Positions 63,432 through 64,000 of a DNA stretch of 64,000 bases are shown here, one piece after another. The notes below the pieces were generated by a model. The model was given only the letters and a program-made list of their open reading frames with translations. It had not been told where the DNA came from and made no database searches. Both the position numbers and the translations under genes were made by a program. The stretch is from Hyaloraphidium curvatum SAG 235-1 (taxonomy: Eukaryota > Fungi > Monoblepharomycota): assembly GCA_025558095.1 (NCBI GenBank), contig JAIVFI010000033.1:1-64000 (forward strand), written 5' to 3'. Position 1 is the stretch's first letter. Each line of letters begins with the position of its first letter.

Positions 63432-64000
63432 TCACTTGGATCCGGCGGCGATTGCGGCCCCGAGGACCCCGGCAGCCGCGCCCAGCCGCCCTGGCTTCAC
63501 GGAAACACCGATCGGAGCCAACGAGGCGTCGATGCCCGCCCGCACGGCGTCCCAGTAACCATCTGCAATGCCGCCCAGCACATGCAGCATGCTAGGGCGG
63601 AACGACTCGGCGAAGCCGCGGAGATAGTCGCCGAGAGTCGCGGCGAAAAGCTCCAGAGCCTCGCGCCCCGCGACGGGATCCAGATCACGAACGGCATCGG
63701 CGTCAACCACTTCAGGCGACGCCAAACCCGCGCTGCGCAGCAACGTCGCCAGACCGCGCACGCTCCAGGTGTCGTCGGCGATAACCGTTCCGCCATGGCT
63801 CTTGCGATCCAGCTCGGCTCCCCAGGCACCGATCATGCCCGCTTTCTTTATCCATGCCGCGGTGTCGACAATGCCCGAGTAGATCCACCCATTTTCTGGC
63901 ACCCCAGCCCCGCTGGAGAGCACTTTGCCGGCTTGGACGAAGCACGAGCCGAGCCCGGTTCCGAGGGTGATGGCCATCGCCTTTTGGGACCCGCCCAGAC
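63432..64000 (-). CDS. ROK-family sugar kinase, C-terminal part (5' end outside the window)
   Basis: AITLGTGLGSCFV; SVRGL; F.P..LHVLGGIA; AGVLGAA. Confidence 0.82.
   Translation of the reverse strand, partial: LGGSQKAMAITLGTGLGSCFVQAGKVLSSGAGVPENGWIYSGIVDTAAWIKKAGMIGAWGAELDRKSHGGTVIADDTWSVRGLATLLRSAGLASPEVVDADAVRDLDPVAGREALELFAATLGDYLRGFAESFRPSMLHVLGGIADGYWDAVRAGIDASLAPIGVSVKPGRLGAAAGVLGAAIAAGSK

Noticed and set aside
1-64000. Bacterial origin or contamination, CRISPR arrays, rRNA or tRNA genes
   Set aside because: The bacterial-like genes are interleaved with intron-containing eukaryotic genes and some have introns themselves. No repeat-spacer array or structural RNA was recognised by eye; tRNAscan and Infernal were not run.

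Overview
This is eukaryotic, very GC-rich, gene-dense DNA with short GT-AG introns. The gene content includes Zn2Cys6 transcription factors, a PHO80/PCL cyclin, GT71/GT90/GT34 glycosyltransferases, presenilin and a hybrid histidine kinase. That points to an early-diverging fungus (chytrid or Monoblepharidomycete-like); the lineage is my inference. I can support about 40 genes or gene relics. I found no rRNA, tRNA, CRISPR array or transposase. Highlights: (1) a compact cluster of four different single-exon Golgi-type glycosyltransferases (GT90, GT71, O-fucosyltransferase, GT34-like) at 48.6-58.8 kb, with a partial fucosyltransferase duplicate; (2) a 7-TM protein whose topology resembles the insect gustatory/odorant receptor (7TMIC) superfamily, with a collapsed tandem copy upstream; (3) a Zn-macrodomain/class-M sirtuin fusion with an 11-His linker; (4) a caspase-clan protease with an unrecognised tandem Cys/His N-terminal repeat; (5) several bacterial-type genes, some with spliceosomal introns (metA, Fe-type SOD, pyruvyltransferase, DUF2087, ROK); (6) an F-box paralog relic that may be broken by a micro-inversion. 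Most long ORFs in the supplied track are antisense or off-frame shadows caused by high GC. All family calls come from motifs recognised by eye, not from database searches.
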